Assembly: GCF_039654945.1 (NCBI RefSeq)
Contig: NW_027361673.1
Location: 33,790,001-33,854,000 of the forward strand
Origin: Dendrobates tinctorius
Lineage: Eukaryota
DNA: 64,000 nt
Direction: 5' to 3'
Position numbers and translations under genes: made by a program. The notes beneath the pieces are model-generated. The model worked only from the letters and a program-made list of their open reading frames with translations, searched no databases and had not been told where the DNA came from. Of this stretch, positions 12,992-27,028 are shown piece by piece. Within the stretch, counting starts at the first letter, position 1. Each line of letters begins with the position of its first letter.

Positions 12992-13859
12992 TCAGTTCTC
13001 TTCTGCACCAGCCCCATCGTCCACCATTGTTTACACGGCTTGACAAATGCAGTCAAAGACCACAGGAGGGAGTGGTGAGAGTGGAGGGGGGCTCAGTTTA
13101 TATGGCATGTAGTCGCTGAAGTAAAGAATACATGACCACATCGTGGTAAAGTTTTTTGGGTGTTGGGATTTTTAGGTAATTGCTAACGAGCAAGGGAAAC
13201 CTGTAATTCAGAATAAAATCACAAACCATATAACAATTTCGGTCTAAAAATCAGCACCAAAATTCAAAGTGAAGTGCTTATGTATTCTAGGTGGATTTCA
13301 TGATGAATTATGATATAGATGTACCTGTGGATTTCACGGTTTGAATAAGAAAAAGATTTATGAAACAAATATAGAATCATTTCAGGAAAAAAAAAAGACA
13401 AGAAATGAACTCATTTCCTGCAATCTGGGTCAGGGTAATTAAGTACTTAAAGAAAAAATCTATCACACTGGAGCACCAAAAATAAAATACTGGCAGATGG
13501 CAATTGAGATCTGTCTTCAAATATCACTTATGCTACTCATGGACTGCAGACACAGTATACTGGTATCAACATTTTTTGGACAATGTGACACTGAGCAATT
13601 TTACATTACATAATTATGAAACTACTTTGTAATGGAAAATTAATATGAACACATATAATGCACCTATTTTATATGGTTATATCTATATAATGTTTGTGGG
13701 CATGCCACTAAAATACCTTTAAGGGTAGATAAGCTATGTTGCTTGCCCCATTCTGTATCAGAAGAGCTTATACTGCATTCCAAATTGGAGGTATTTGCAA
13801 ATGTTATTATTACACCTACTACATATTGGGATAGGATCTTGGAGACAGGAATACCCCTT

Positions 13860-14405
13860 TAAAGGAGCTGCAGGAATTTCTGCCAAGTTCTGGTAGTGCA
13901 CTGTATGTGACAACAATGTCAAGTATTCTTCATATATCTGGGCTAAGGAGTAGGGTGCCATCCCTTTTCTCACAAAGAAAATCATCCAAGTCCGGCTATG
14001 TTTTGCCAAAAGAATTTGAGAAAACATGTTATTCCAAAAGATATATTTGGTGCAAATCCAATACTGCACATCACCAAAAGAACACCATACCCACAGTAAA
14101 GCATGGTAAAGGTAGCATTATGGTTTCAGGCTGTTTTTCGATAGCTGGAACTAGGGCATCACTCAAAGTCGAGGAAATTATGAACAGTTAAAACAAAATC
14201 AGCCAATTCTGCATCAAAACTTTTAAGCCTCTGCTAAAAAAGCTAATGATGAATTTCATCTTTCAGGACAACAATGACTGCAAACATGTCCAAATAAATG
14301 AAAAAAAGGAACGGCTTCGACAGAAGATTAGAATGTTCCAATCAGAACCTAGACCTGAATCCAATTGAAAATCTGTGGGGTAACCTGAAAAAGGCACTGC
14401 ACACA
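13860..14405 (+). mobile_element. Old Tc1 transposase fragment
   Basis: [28 protein letters not shown] and DLNPIENLW-like remnants. Confidence 0.7.
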
Positions 14406-14409
14406 AGCA

Positions 14410-15671
14410 CAGGGGTTGGACAAAATAATGGAAACACCTAATGTTTTGGCATCATAATTTTCGAACATGTTATAAACATGCAAACCGTGACATATGGTAG
14501 TTTTGTAGTTGATTATTTGTGTTATGTGTATGTAAATTAACTGTTTGTTTTGCAGAATTGTAAGAACATTGATGAAAACCTGATACCAATGGCAGACCTC
14601 TCGGATTTTCAAAGAGGCCAAATTGTTGGTGCTCGTATGGCAGGCGCTAGTGTAACAAAGTGCCCGAATGCTTGGCGTGTCAAGAGGTACTGTCTCCAAA
14701 GTAATGACTGCGTTTGAAAGAGAAGGAAAAACGTCCGCAGCAAAGCACAGGTCCGGCTGAAAGTCGAAGTTGACTGAGAGAGACCGTAGGACTCTAAAGC
14801 GAATTGTGAGAGAGGATCGCAAGACCACGGCTCCGAAAATCACTGCTGAGCTCAATGAACACCTACAGAACCCAGTTTCCATGAAAACTGTTCTTCGGGA
14901 GCTGCACAAATCTGGATTCCACGGAAGAGCTGCAATTCGAAAACCGCTGCTCTCAATGACAAATGTTTCCAAGCGTTTAGAGTGGTGTAGAAACCTCCAG
15001 AATAGGTCCCTCGAGCAGTGGAAACATGTGATATTCTCAGACAAATCATCGTTTACCCTATTTCCGACCTCCAGCCGAGTGTACGTTTGGAGACAGCCGA
15101 AAGCATTCCATCCAGACTGCCTTCTCCCAACCGTAAAACATGGCTGAGGTTCTGTGATGATCTGGGGTGCTATTTCGTGGAGATCCGCCGGGCCAATGAT
15201 ATCCCTTCATGGAAGAATTAACAGCCGCGATTATTTAGGCATTTTGGGCGACCAAGTGCATCCTATGGTTCAAGCACTGTTCCTGGTGGGGAACGCCAAC
15301 TTTCAGGATGATAATGCACCAGTTTATACAGCTAGAATCATTAAAGCATGGCACGAGGAACATTCATTGTAATGAAGTTGAGCATCTCATTTGGCCCCCA
15401 CAATCCCCAGACCTCAACATTATTGATCATTTATGGCCGATTTTAGAGATTCAAGTTAGACGTCAATTTCCGCCGCCATCGTCGCTCAAAGAATTGGAGG
15501 GTGTTTTAACTGAAGAATGGGCTACAATTCCTTTGGAAACAATTCACACCTTGTATGAATCCATACCTCGGATAATTGAGGCTGTAATCGTCGCAAAAGG
15601 TGGACCTACACCATATTAAACTAACTTTTGTTGAGGTTTCCAGGTTTTTTCATTATTTTGTCCAACCCCTG
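14410..15671 (+). mobile_element. Full-length defective Tc1/mariner element, DD36E (Incomer-like), copy A
   Basis: ~29-bp TIRs caggggttggacaaaataatggaaacacc; 1262 bp; transposase MADLSDFQRGQIVGAR... ending KGGPTPY* with stops and frameshifts. Confidence 0.9.
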
Positions 15672-18600
15672 TAGATGCCGAAGCAATCTGACAGATTTGG
15701 AGCACTAGATATAGAAGAAAAGCCGGCAATTCAGAAGCTGCGTACAGTAAAATCACAGCAGGAGCTGATAGAATAGATGGATTACATATAGTATTTACAC
15801 AGACTAGATATATAGAGGTCAGTGACATATACAATTAGTACAGTGTGTATGCGGCTTACTGTACACGTATTTAATTAAAAGATTTTTTTTCTGAAAAAAA
15901 ATGGCATGGGCTCCTGCGTAATTTTCTTAACCAGCAAAGGGAAAGTCGAAGGCTGGTGCCAATTTTAGCACTTAGCCTCGCTGTTCCAACTTGCCCTGAT
16001 GCGGTGGCAAATGGGGTAGTAGTTGGGAGGGTTGATGTCACCTTTGTTTTGTCAAGTGACATCAATATAAGAGGCCGCCATTACTAACCCCATAGTCATA
16101 TTGTATAAAAACACCCAGAATAAAGTTCTTTAACCCCTTCACTACCAAGGGTGGGTTGCACGTTAACTCCTGGGCCAATTTTTACAATTCTGACCACTGT
16201 CCTTTTATGAGGCCATAACTCTGGAACGCTTCCATGGATCCCGGTGATTCTGACAATGCTTTCTCGTGACATATTGTACTTCATGTTAGTGGTAAAATTT
16301 CATTCATATAACTTGCGTTTATTTGTGAACAAAATGGAAATTTTGAAAATTTCGCAATTTTCCACCTTCGAATTTTTATGCCCTTAAATCACAGAGATAT
16401 GGCACACAAAAAACTTAATAAGTAACATTTCCCACATATTTACTTTACATCAGCACAATTTTGGAATCAAAATTTTTTTTGTTAGGAAGTTCTAAGGGTT
16501 AAAAGTTGACCAGCGATTTCTCATTTTTGCAACACCATTTTATTTTTACGGACCACATCACATTTGAAGCCACTTTGAGGGGTCTATATAATAGAAAATA
16601 CCCAAAAGTGACACCACTCTAAAAACTGTACCCCTTAAGGTGCTCAAAACCACATTCAAGGAGTTTATGAACCCTTCAAGTGCTTCACAGGAATTTTTTG
16701 AATATTTAAAAAAAAAAATGAACATTTAACTTTTTTTCACAAAAAAAATACTTCAGGTTCAATTTTTTTTATTTTACCAAGGGTAACAGGAGAAATTGGA
16801 CTGCAAAAATTATTGTGCAATTTGTCCTGAGTACGCTGATACCGGATATGTGGGGGGGAACCACTGTTTCGGCGCATGGCAGAGCTCAGAAGGGAAGGAG
16901 CGCCGTTTGACTTTTACAATGCAAAATTGGCTGGAATTCAGATTGGACGCCATGTCACGTTTGGAGAGCTCCTGATGTACCTAAACAGTGGAAACTCCCC
17001 ACAAGTGACCCCATTTTGGAAACTAGACCCCCCAAGGAACTTATCTAGATATGTGGTGAGAACTTTGAACCCACAAGGGCTTCACAGAAGTTTATAACGT
17101 ACAGCGGTACAATTAAAAAATCATATTTTTTCCACAAAATGATCTTTTCACCCCCAATTTTTATTTTCCCAAGGGTAACAGGACCCTAAAATTTATTGTG
17201 CAATTTGTCATGAGTACGCTGATACCCGATATGTGGGGGTAGACCACTATTTGGGCGCATGGCAGAGCTTGGAAGGGAGCAGCGCCATTTGACGATTTTG
17301 GCTGGAATTGAGATCGGACACCATGTCGCGTTTGGAAAGCCCCTGATGTACCAAAACAGTGGAATCCCCCCACAAATGACACCATTTTGGAAACTAGACC
17401 CCCCAAGGAACTTATCTAGATGTGTGGTGAGCACTTTGAACCCCCAAGGGCTTCACAGAAGTTTATAACGCCCAGGCGGGAAAATAAAAAAAATCATTTT
17501 TTTTTCCACAAAAATGATATTTTTGCCCCCAATTTTTTATTTTACTAAGGGCAAGAGGAGAAATTGGACCCCAAAAGTTGTTTTGCAAATTGTCCTGAGT
17601 AGGCTGATACCCCATATGTGGGGGTAAAACACTGTTTGGGCGCATGGCAGAGCTTGGAAAGGAAGGAGCACCATTTGACTTTTTCAACGCAGAATTGGCT
17701 GGAATTGAGATCAGATGCCATGTTGCGTTTGGAGAGCACCTGATGTGCGCAAATAGTGGAAACCCCCATTTCTAACTCCAACCCTAACCCCAACACACCC
17801 CTAACCCTAGCCCTAACCCTAATGGGAGAATGGAAATAAATACATTTTTTTAATTTTATTATTTTTCCCTAACTAAGGGGGTGATAACGGGGGGGTTTGA
17901 TTTACTATTTATGGCAGTATTTGTATTTGGCAGCTGTCACACGCTAAAAGACGCTTTTTTTGTAAAAATAGTTTTTGCATCACCACATATTGAGAGCTAT
18001 AATTTGTCCATATTTTGACCCACCGAGTCATGTGAGGTCTTATTTTTTGCGGGACGAGTTGACGTTTTTATTGGTACCATTTTCGGGCACGTGACATTTT
18101 TTGTTCGCTTTTTATTTTGTTTTTTAGGACGCAGAATTTACACAAACCAGCGTTTCATGAATTTCTTTTGGGTGGTGCGTTTACGCCGTTCCGCGTGCGA
18201 TAAAATTGATAAAGCGGTTTTCTTCTTCGGGTCAGTATGGTTAGAGCGATACCCCATTTGTCTTTTTTTATGTTTTGGCGCTTTTATGCAATGAAAACAA
18301 TTTTATATAAAAAATAATTTTTGCATCGCTTTATTCTGCGAGCTATAACTTTTTAATTTTTTCGCTGATGATGCTGTGTGGCGGCTCGTTTTTGCGGGAC
18401 AAGATGACGTTTTCAGCGGTACCATGGATATTTATATGCGTCTTTTTGATTGCGCGTTATTGCACTTTTTGTTCGGCGGTATGATACTAAATCATTATTT
18501 TTTGCTTCGTTTTTTATTTTTATTTTTTAAGGGGTTCGCTTAAGGGGTTAACTAATGGGACAGTTTTATAGGGAGGGTCGTTACGGACACGGCGATACCA

Positions 18601-20350
18601 AATATGTGTACTTTTATTGTTGTTTTTTTTATTTCCAAAAAAATGAATTTATTGGGGAATATATTTTTTTTTCTTGAATTTATTTAGCGATTTTTTTAAA
18701 ATTATTTTTACACTTTTTTTTTTTACTTTATTACAATGTCCCAGAGGGGACATAACTGTCCTGTGACAGATCGCTGATCTGTCACATCACAGATCGCTGT
18801 GACAGATCAGCAATCTGTCACAGGCAGTGTGCAGGTTTCCTCCTTGCCTGCGCTTCGCAGGCACTGAGGAAGTCAGCTTCCTGCAGGCCCCCGGAGGTCC
18901 CCGCCGCCATATTGGATCCGGGGACCTGCAGGAAAGGAGACCCCCGCAGCAGCGCTGCACATTGCGCTGCAGTGGGGGGCTCAGGGAAGCACGGAGGGAA
19001 CCCCCTCCCTGCCGATGCTTCCCTTTAACCCCCGGTACGCCGCGATCGTGTTTGATCGCGGAGTACAAGGGGTTAACGTGTCGGGGCGGTCCATGACCGC
19101 CCCTGACACCATGTGCCGGGTGTCAGCTATGATAATTAGCTGACACCCGGCCGCGATAAGCGGCACTCACCACGTGGGCGCCGCTTATCGCTATGACGTA
19201 ATATTCCGTCCATGGTAATTAGGGCCCAGGGCACATGGACGGAATATTACGTCCAATGAAGGAAAGGGGTTAATTGAAAGAATGGCACAGACTCCTTTAA
19301 TAAATCTTAATTAAACCATGTTTACTGCATTGCCCCTTCTAGTGACGTTATTAACCCCTGCAAGAGAATTAAAATAATCAATTTTCCTCATCTTTCTGCT
19401 AAGATGATAATCCATTTGTTCTCCAACAGCTCTAGCTCTGCTACATCTAGATGGCAGGCTGCATGAAGCGACCATATAGCTTGTCATCCAGTAGAGACAC
19501 TGAGCAGCATCTGCTACCGCTGCCCAGTGTCTCATGGTTAACTCCTATAACCCATCCGACATCACCGCGCACGTTAGAAAGTTCTCACGCTCGCGGTGCT
19601 CTCAGATAGGTCCTGGGAATTTACAGCCAAAGAACTCGCTTCACCTGAATGTCAGCATGAGCACTGTGGAAACATTTCTAATAGCACTAGAGCTGATGTC
19701 AGTTAAGTGAGTTCATTGGCTGTGAACTCCCAGGACTTTTCTGACAGCACCGCGAGCATGACAACTTTCTCACGCTCGTGGTGACGTCAGGTTACAGGAG
19801 TTCACTGCTGGAGGGCATGCTGTATGGTCTCATCAGGCAACCATGCAGCCTGCCATCTAGATGTAGCAGAGCTAGACCCGTCATGGGACAAATGGATTAT
19901 CTTCTCAGTGGACAGGTGAGGAATATTGTTATTTTAATTCTCTTGCAGGAAACAATGACATCACACCAGCACACACACAGGGACACACGCTCACACACAC
20001 GCACGTAGACCCCCACACACAGACACGCACATAGTCTCCACCCACACATTCTTCCTCCTCCCGATCTGCAGCTTTTCTCGCACCCACATCCACAGATCTT
20101 TTTACATCTGCGGTTTTACTATGGATGAGCCTGACTCAATGGAAGTCAATGGGTGCAGAAATGCTGCAGATCCGCAAAAAGAATTGACATGCTGTGGAAA
20201 ACGCTGCAAATCTGCACAGATTTTTCTGCAGCATGTGCACAACAAACCAGAATTTGTCATTCACTAACATTGGCTGTGGATTTGATGCGAATCCGTGCAG
20301 CCAAAAACGCTGCGGATCCGCATCTAAATCCACAATGTGTGCACATAACC
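15672..20350. mobile_element. Probable long Harbinger-type non-autonomous element, left end lost, hosting the 16134-19269 insertion and an internal ~590-bp imperfect inverted repeat (~19357-19949)
   Basis: Ends in gtgtgcacataacc|tag like the TWA MITE family; ctagctctgctacatctagatggcaggctgcatg is mirrored at ~19843-19875. Confidence 0.5.
16134..19269 (+). mobile_element. Long non-autonomous piggyBac-like element (copy 2, 3136 bp)
   Basis: ttaa|cccctt ... aagggg|ttaa; internal ~370-bp tandem units; (ccctaa)-like tract 17771-17823; no transposase ORF. Confidence 0.85.
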
Positions 20351-21121
20351 TAGGTTGGATCTCTTAACAGTATTGTCTCCAGTTTAAAGAGCCCCAGGAG
20401 AATGATGTGGTCATTGATCATGCACAAAGTCACTTTTCTAGTCCCTATAAAGGACTTGCACCTGCGATCAACCTGTTAATTTGCTTGTACTATATATTTG
20501 AATATTTCAATATATAGTCCTTATCAAGGCATTCTAAGAAGCCAGTTTACAACAGCACCAACACGACAGCAAAGGGGACCTTCAGCAGGCTACTCTAGCA
20601 ACCCATTGCCAACAAGAAAAATGATGCAAGCTCAGAAAGGACACCCAAGCAGGATCAAGCAGCATTTAGCTCTAAATGCTATTAGGGGTGGGTGCCGGCT
20701 CTATAACACAACCACTTATCTGTTCTTCATTGAGCAAGCTCAGCTCCGGAGCTCATTCCATGCACCTAGACCCACAACAGAAATATCTGACATGGAGAAT
20801 AAAGGGCTTAAATGGGTTTCCCATTAAAAAAAAAGAATCAGAAAACACTGTCCATACCTATTTGGGCGTATAAACATCACAAATGCTGGGCTTGAATTTG
20901 GCCTTATATTTTCCAGTATTGTTCTAGCAAACAGCTCCTGATGAATTGATTACATGGATGGCCATTTATCCTAATGGCTGACATTTAACATTTGCCTTGC
21001 AGAGACCACTGCAGATGCTTCTAAGCATTGGAGATTTTGACATGAACTGTAAATCCAATCCCATGTAAATATACCATGTACTGTCTTCTGATGAACAAAA
21101 CGCAAACATTACCAAATATTC

Positions 21122-21127
21122 TTTATT
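21122..21127 (-). promoter_or_regulatory. Candidate polyadenylation signal (AATAAA) of mrpl3
   Basis: tttatt on the + strand, about 270 nt downstream of the stop codon in unique sequence. Confidence 0.6.
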
Positions 21128-21392
21128 TCCTTCTCTAGGGAGAGCAATAGAGCGATGGTACATATAAAGCACTAGCTTTTAAGTATCCACTAGATCCATA
21201 AAAATCCACTGTGCATAGGCTGTAATTACAGAAGCAAACTGGAGTGCTGCTTATGATAAAACCTGCCCTTCAAAAACAGAAGTGGCAGAAGCAGAAAGGG
21301 AAACCTGTTAGAAACCTCTGTCCTTCAGATATTACAGAAGCACGAGAACGGTGATCTGATGACAACGACTGTTAATAAAGATGTCAGAAATG

Positions 21393-21542
21393 CTAAGAGT
21401 ATGTGACAGAGGGCTCATTGAACTGGAATACATCTTCGTGGTAAAGGTCTTCTGGCAGCTCTTCATCACCATCAGCAAAATACGTAGGGAATGGAAGATT
21501 TTCAAAGCCTTTTTGTTTCACTGCAAGTTTTGTGTCTGTGAC
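21393..21542 (-). CDS. mrpl3: mrpl3 last coding exon, VTDTKLAVKQKGFENLPFPTYFADGDEELPEDLYHEDVFQFNEPSVTYS*
   Basis: Acceptor cttctag|, 49 codons plus TAG; NLPFPTYF.DGDEELPEDLY is the recognisable MRPL3 C-terminus. Confidence 0.95.
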   Translation of the reverse strand, partial: VTDTKLAVKQKGFENLPFPTYFADGDEELPEDLYHEDVFQFNEPSVTYS

Positions 21543-22410
21543 CTAGAAGACATAAGGATAAAAATATATGTATATAGATACGAAGAGGTGGTTGTGCATG
21601 CATATTTCTCTCCATTTACTTCTACGGGAATTCAAAAACTGACAAGCAGGCTTACTCGGCAATTTTTGTATCAGAATTGATAGAATCCTATATGTGTGGC
21701 CACTTCCCCTTTCAAAACTCCCATGCCTGTCCTGTTTTTATCTAACCAAATAATGCGCGCCAAACATTCGCTCACAATATAGGACTCTGCATCATGTCAA
21801 ATTCAGTATTTCTCAAGTTTTCTTTGTAATATATGTACCCTTTATCTTTCGACGCACTAGCGCATACCTGATATTTATTCAAGGCTATGGCTCTGTGACT
21901 AGAGAAAAACTGGTTTACTCAAAGATGCTTGAAGCTGGATGTATCCTTAAACTCTGCTATGGGCAATTTCTCAGGCTCAGAATTTGTTTCATTTGCTCCA
22001 AAGTGCTATTGTTTTGGGTTCATGCCCTAAGGGTAATTTCACATGCTTATATGTTTTGTCTCTTGAACTTCTCGTATCCATTTTTTTCATCAATTGTAGT
22101 TGTAGAGATTTTATAAAAGTCTTACAATAAAGCAATTTCAAGCATTTCGTGCATTGAGGGAGAAAAAAAGTATAAAATAAAAATGTAAAAAATATAACAT
22201 CTAAAGGAATGTACTGTTTTATGTTTTTGTATGCTGAACTAAAGCTTTAAGCAATTCATTTTGGTGGTGCCATGGACTGTTGTATATAGAACTTCTATCT
22301 ATACTCCAATTCTTTTCTATTTACATAAAACTAGAAAACTTTGTTAAAACGTTAACCGTAAGCACTGACACATCCTGGGAAAGCTCAAAATTGATGAAGA
22401 CAAAATATAA

Positions 22411-24681
22411 TAATAATAATACATTTTATTTCTGCGACATATTCCGCAGCACTTTACATTTCGGAGGGGATTTGTACAGACAATAGACATTACAGCATAA
22501 CAATAATCACATAGAATATAACAAATACCAAGAGGAATGAGGGCCCTGCTCGCAAGCTTACAGTCTATGAGGAAAGAGGTAGACACGAAAGGTGGGTGGT
22601 AACAGTTGCCCTGATTGTATGGACCAGCCATAATGTTAAGTGTGTAACAGTACAGACACAGAGGGCTAATGGATGCATAAAGCATGTGGGAACATGATGC
22701 GGGGAACCTGGTTATGGTAAAACTTTTGACTGTGCCACCCAGGGATAGATTAGGTTAATGTGTTGAGGCGGTAGGCCAGTCTGAATAAATGCGTTTTCAG
22801 GGCACGCTTAAAATTGTGGGGATTAGGGACCAATTGTATTGACCTGGGAAGTGCATTCCAAAGAATTGGCGCAGCACGTGTAAAGTCTTGGAGACGGGAG
22901 TGGGAGGTTTTGATTATTGAGGATGCTAACCTCAGGTCATCAGCAGAACGGAGGGCGCGGGTAGGGTGGTATACTGAAACAAGGGAGGAGATGTAGGGTG
23001 GTGCTGAGCCATGGAGGGCTTTGTGGGTGAGGGTAATAAGTTTATACTGAATTCTGGAGTGGATGGGTGGCCAGTGTAATGACTGGCACAAGGTAGAGGA
23101 ATCGGTGTAACGATTGTTGAGTAATATGATCCTGGCTGCAGCATTCAAAACAGATTGGAGAGGGGAGAGTTTGGTAAGAGGGAGACCGATTAGAAGAGAG
23201 TTACAATAGTCGAGACGAGAATGAATAAGAGAAACAGTAAGAGTTTTTGCAGACTCAAAAGTAAGAAAAGGTCGAATTCTAGAAATGTTTTTGAGGTGCA
23301 GATGACAAGAGCGAGCCAGTGATCGAATGTGGGGGGCAAAGGAAAGCTCGGAATCAAGTATGACCCCAAGACAGCGGGCATGTTGCTGAGGAGTAATAGT
23401 GGAGCCACACACAGAAATGGCAATGTCAGGTATAGGTACATTAGTAGAGGGAGGAAACACAAGGAGTTCGGTCTTTGACAGGTTCAGTTTCATATATAGT
23501 GAGGACATGATGTTAGACACAGCGTTTAGACAATCGTAGGTGTTTTCTAGAAAGGCTGGCGTGATGTCAGGAGAAAAAGTGTATAATTGGGTGTCATCAG
23601 CACAGAGATGGTGCTGGAAACCAAATCTACTGATTGTTTGACCAATAGGGGCAGTGTACAAGGAGAAGAGGAGGGGGCCTAGTACCGATCCTTGAGGAAC
23701 CCCAACAGTAAGGGGAAGGTGATAAAAGGAGGAACTGGCAAAAGATACAGTAAAGGAGCGGTCAGAGAGATAGGAGGAGAACCAGGAGAGAACGGTGTCC
23801 TTGAGGCCAATGGAACGGAGCATAGTGAGGAGGAGCTGATGATCCACAGTGTCGAATGCTGCAGAGAGATCCAAGAAAATTAGCATGGAGTAATGACCAT
23901 TTGATTTAGCTGTTAGTAGATCATTAGAGACTTTAGTGAGGGCAGTTTTAGTAGAGTGTAAGGAGCGGAAACCGGATTGGAGAGGGTCGAGAAGAGAGTT
24001 ATCAGAGAGATAGCGGATAAGACGGGAGTGGACTAGGCGTTCCAGGAGTTTAGAGATGAAGGGAAGATTAGAGACAGGTCTATAGTTAGCGGCACAGTTT
24101 TGGTCGAGGGATGGTTTTTTAAGTAGTGGATGTATGATGGCATGCTTAAATGAGGGAAAGATACCAGAAGAGAGAGAGAGGTTAAATATTTTAGTTAGGT
24201 GAGGGGTGACAGCAAGGGAAAGGGACTGGAGGAGATGTGACGGAAATGGGTCACTGATGCAAGTGGTTGGGCGAGAAGATGCAAGGAGCCTGCTTACTTC
24301 TTCTGTGACTGGTTCAAAATCAGAGAGTGAGCTAGATACAGTGGGGGAGGGAGGACAGTGCATGGTAAGAGGTGATTGGGAGATAATTTCCTGTCGGATC
24401 TGGTCAATTTTTTCTTTGAAGTAATTGGCCAGATCGCCAGCTCTGAGCTCCGTGGTTGGGGCCTGTACTCTTGGGTTGAGTAAAGAATGAAAAGTGTCAA
24501 AGAGACGTTTCGGGTTATTGGACAGTGAAGTGATGAGGGTGTTGAAATAGGTTTGTTTGGAGAGGTGAAGGGCAGTGTTGAATGTTCTAAGCATAAACTT
24601 ATGTAGATTGGATTTTCTCCACAGACGTTCGGCGCACCTGGAGCACCGCTGCAGGAAACGTGTTTGCAGGGTGTGCCAGGG
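22411..24681 (-). mobile_element. 5'-truncated L2 LINE with uninterrupted ~640-codon ORF2 remnant (RT domain)
   Basis: ORF ending at 22750 contains [41 protein letters not shown] and LCADDTQLY; (tta)n tail; candidate 8-bp TSD aaatataa (22403-22410 / 24682-24689). Confidence 0.95.
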
Positions 24682-26432
24682 AAATATAAACATTTCTCAA
24701 ATGTACAGAATGAAAAAATAGAACATTTTCTCATTAATTCAGTAAAACCTTTGCCTTTAAGGGGATAAGTGAAGTCTGATTAAGTCAGGGCTCTCCACTG
24801 AATATTTTCACAGCTGTGTGAGACTCGCTGCTTTGTATGGAAGTAGACTGAGATAATGAGAAAAATGCAGAAGAGTCTCTTACATATATAACCATTGTAA
24901 AATGTAAGACGAATCACTGTATATTATTGATCAGCAGGAGGAGTGAGATAGAAGTGTAGGAAAATCTTTGTGCAGTCAGCTTGCTGATGGCGCTATACAG
25001 TATATACTGTAAGTTTCACATTAACAATGCCCACCTCCTGAAGGTGGTCTGCAGAACACTAAGGGACAGCTTACTACATGTCTAATATATAACAATATTC
25101 AGTGTTAAGTAAATTTGAGTCTAATAGGTTATAGGTTAATTCATTCTCCATTTTATTCAATGTACCAGAACTTGAAAAAATTACAATCTAATGTACTTCT
25201 AGTCACAAAGTTCCATTTACCACTTTGATCCTCCTTTCAGAGTTGAAACATCTCAGAAAAGAAAATCTCACTGGATTTTGAGCTCACTGAAGTAAGTTGA
25301 AGCTAAAACCTGCCTTGCTGCAATACTAAGAGAAATGAACTGATTAATGACATGCATTTGAGAAAAGGCGTAATCTCGTCTTCTAGGAGTCTTGGGTATA
25401 TATTTTACCTAAGGGGTTGTCCTAAAATTACAACTCATCACCAATCCTCAGGATGGGTGATACAGTTGAAACTAGAATGCTACATACACTATAGAAAAAT
25501 ACATTTCTGCATGTTTTTCACAATATCTGACATGAAATAAGAATAAACCTTTCCCATTTTAGGTTAATTAGGATTACCATAAATAATAATGTGTGCCAAA
25601 CTGTTACTGATCATTGGTCTCCCATTGCTGGGTCTCATGCTTCACCACATTCCATTATCTCAGGGAGCATTCCCCGGCCTTATGGTTGCCTCCAGACGAA
25701 GGAAGAGGATTCTCAACTCTTACTGAAACCTATACAATCGTAGTTGCAGATCTAGACTGCAAGTCAAGGTTTACAACTAAGGCAATGTGCAATCCAGTAT
25801 GTAAAAGGTGTTCAGGATGCACCCATGTGCAAAAGTCTATTAATAATATTGCTTTGTATTTTGTAAGTGGGGCATACAGAACCCCTGAAATTAAGCAGAG
25901 AAATGGCAGTTCTTAGACGATACAAAGCATGATCTCAATTTTTCACAAAATAGAAAAAAAATACACAAATGCAACATCTTCTCTAAAATCTCAAGCAACC
26001 ACCTGTTCTATGTCTCAAAACAGCCTTCTTGCAAAAACTGTTCAGAATGTGACAGCAAAGGGAAGCCACTTTCCCCAGCTGCCAGAGAACAGCACAGCTT
26101 GTGCAATCTGAAATCTATTCATGTCTGTCACAAACTTTTAGGTTTGTAGCTACTACAGAATTTTTTTCCGCACCCTGCATGGAAACTTTAGTAATCGTTC
26201 CACACAGGAAAAATACTATTGAACGTAGTGACATATGAAAGAGACTGTGCTAAGCAGAGTGTATGGCAAGAAATCTACAAAAGCTGCATAATGAATGTAT
26301 ACATATATTCAGGTTTTGGCGTTTATCCTAAGTCATGGGACAAGGATTATTATAAAAGGGTTGATTGACTAAAATTGCTACTTCCGATAGGTGGCACTAG
26401 AGTTAAAGTCCTCTTCCTCTCTGAAAAGACTA

Positions 26433-26462
26433 ATATATGTATATATATACACACATACACAT

Positions 26463-26501
<39 letters not shown>

Positions 26502-26515
26502 GCATGCTCACACAC
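26433..26515. repeat. (TA)n/(CA)n compound microsatellite
   Basis: Direct reading. Confidence 0.9.
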
Positions 26516-27028
26516 AGTGCTCAGCATAAATGTGCACACCCCTTGAAAAGTAAGATTTTAAAGGAAATCTGTCACCAGAAAAATCGCTATTAACCTGCAA
26601 TGAATGTGACATCATTGGTTGGTCGACAATTGCAAAGTGAGCTGCCAGCAGTGGATCTTGATCACTTTGGTGCCAAAGTCTGTTAATAACCTCAATGATA
26701 GCAGACAAGGTGTCTAAGTGGGTGTATTTCTACATGTGGTGCTTATGCTTAATACTGAATAAATCGAGATGTTTGGTTCCATAATTTAATTTTTTTTTTT
26801 CCATTTGTATATCGCTAACATGTCTATAAATTGTGGAATTGCGATAATTCCACAACTTTTCCTTATTGGTGTTGCAATTTCAATACTGTTGAGTGTAGAA
26901 AAAATGAGTCCAATAAAAACTTTACATTTCACTATTTTTTAAAATTCTAAGCAGATCCGTCGGGAAATGATTTTTAATTAAATAATAAATTATTGATGTA
27001 ATGGTAAAAAACATTTATATACTATTAA

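Noticed and set aside
22750-24693. 647-aa ORF as a domesticated host gene
   Set aside because: 5'-truncated L2 ORF2; the start codon comes from flanking DNA, the catalytic motif is mutated, and the LINE tail is present
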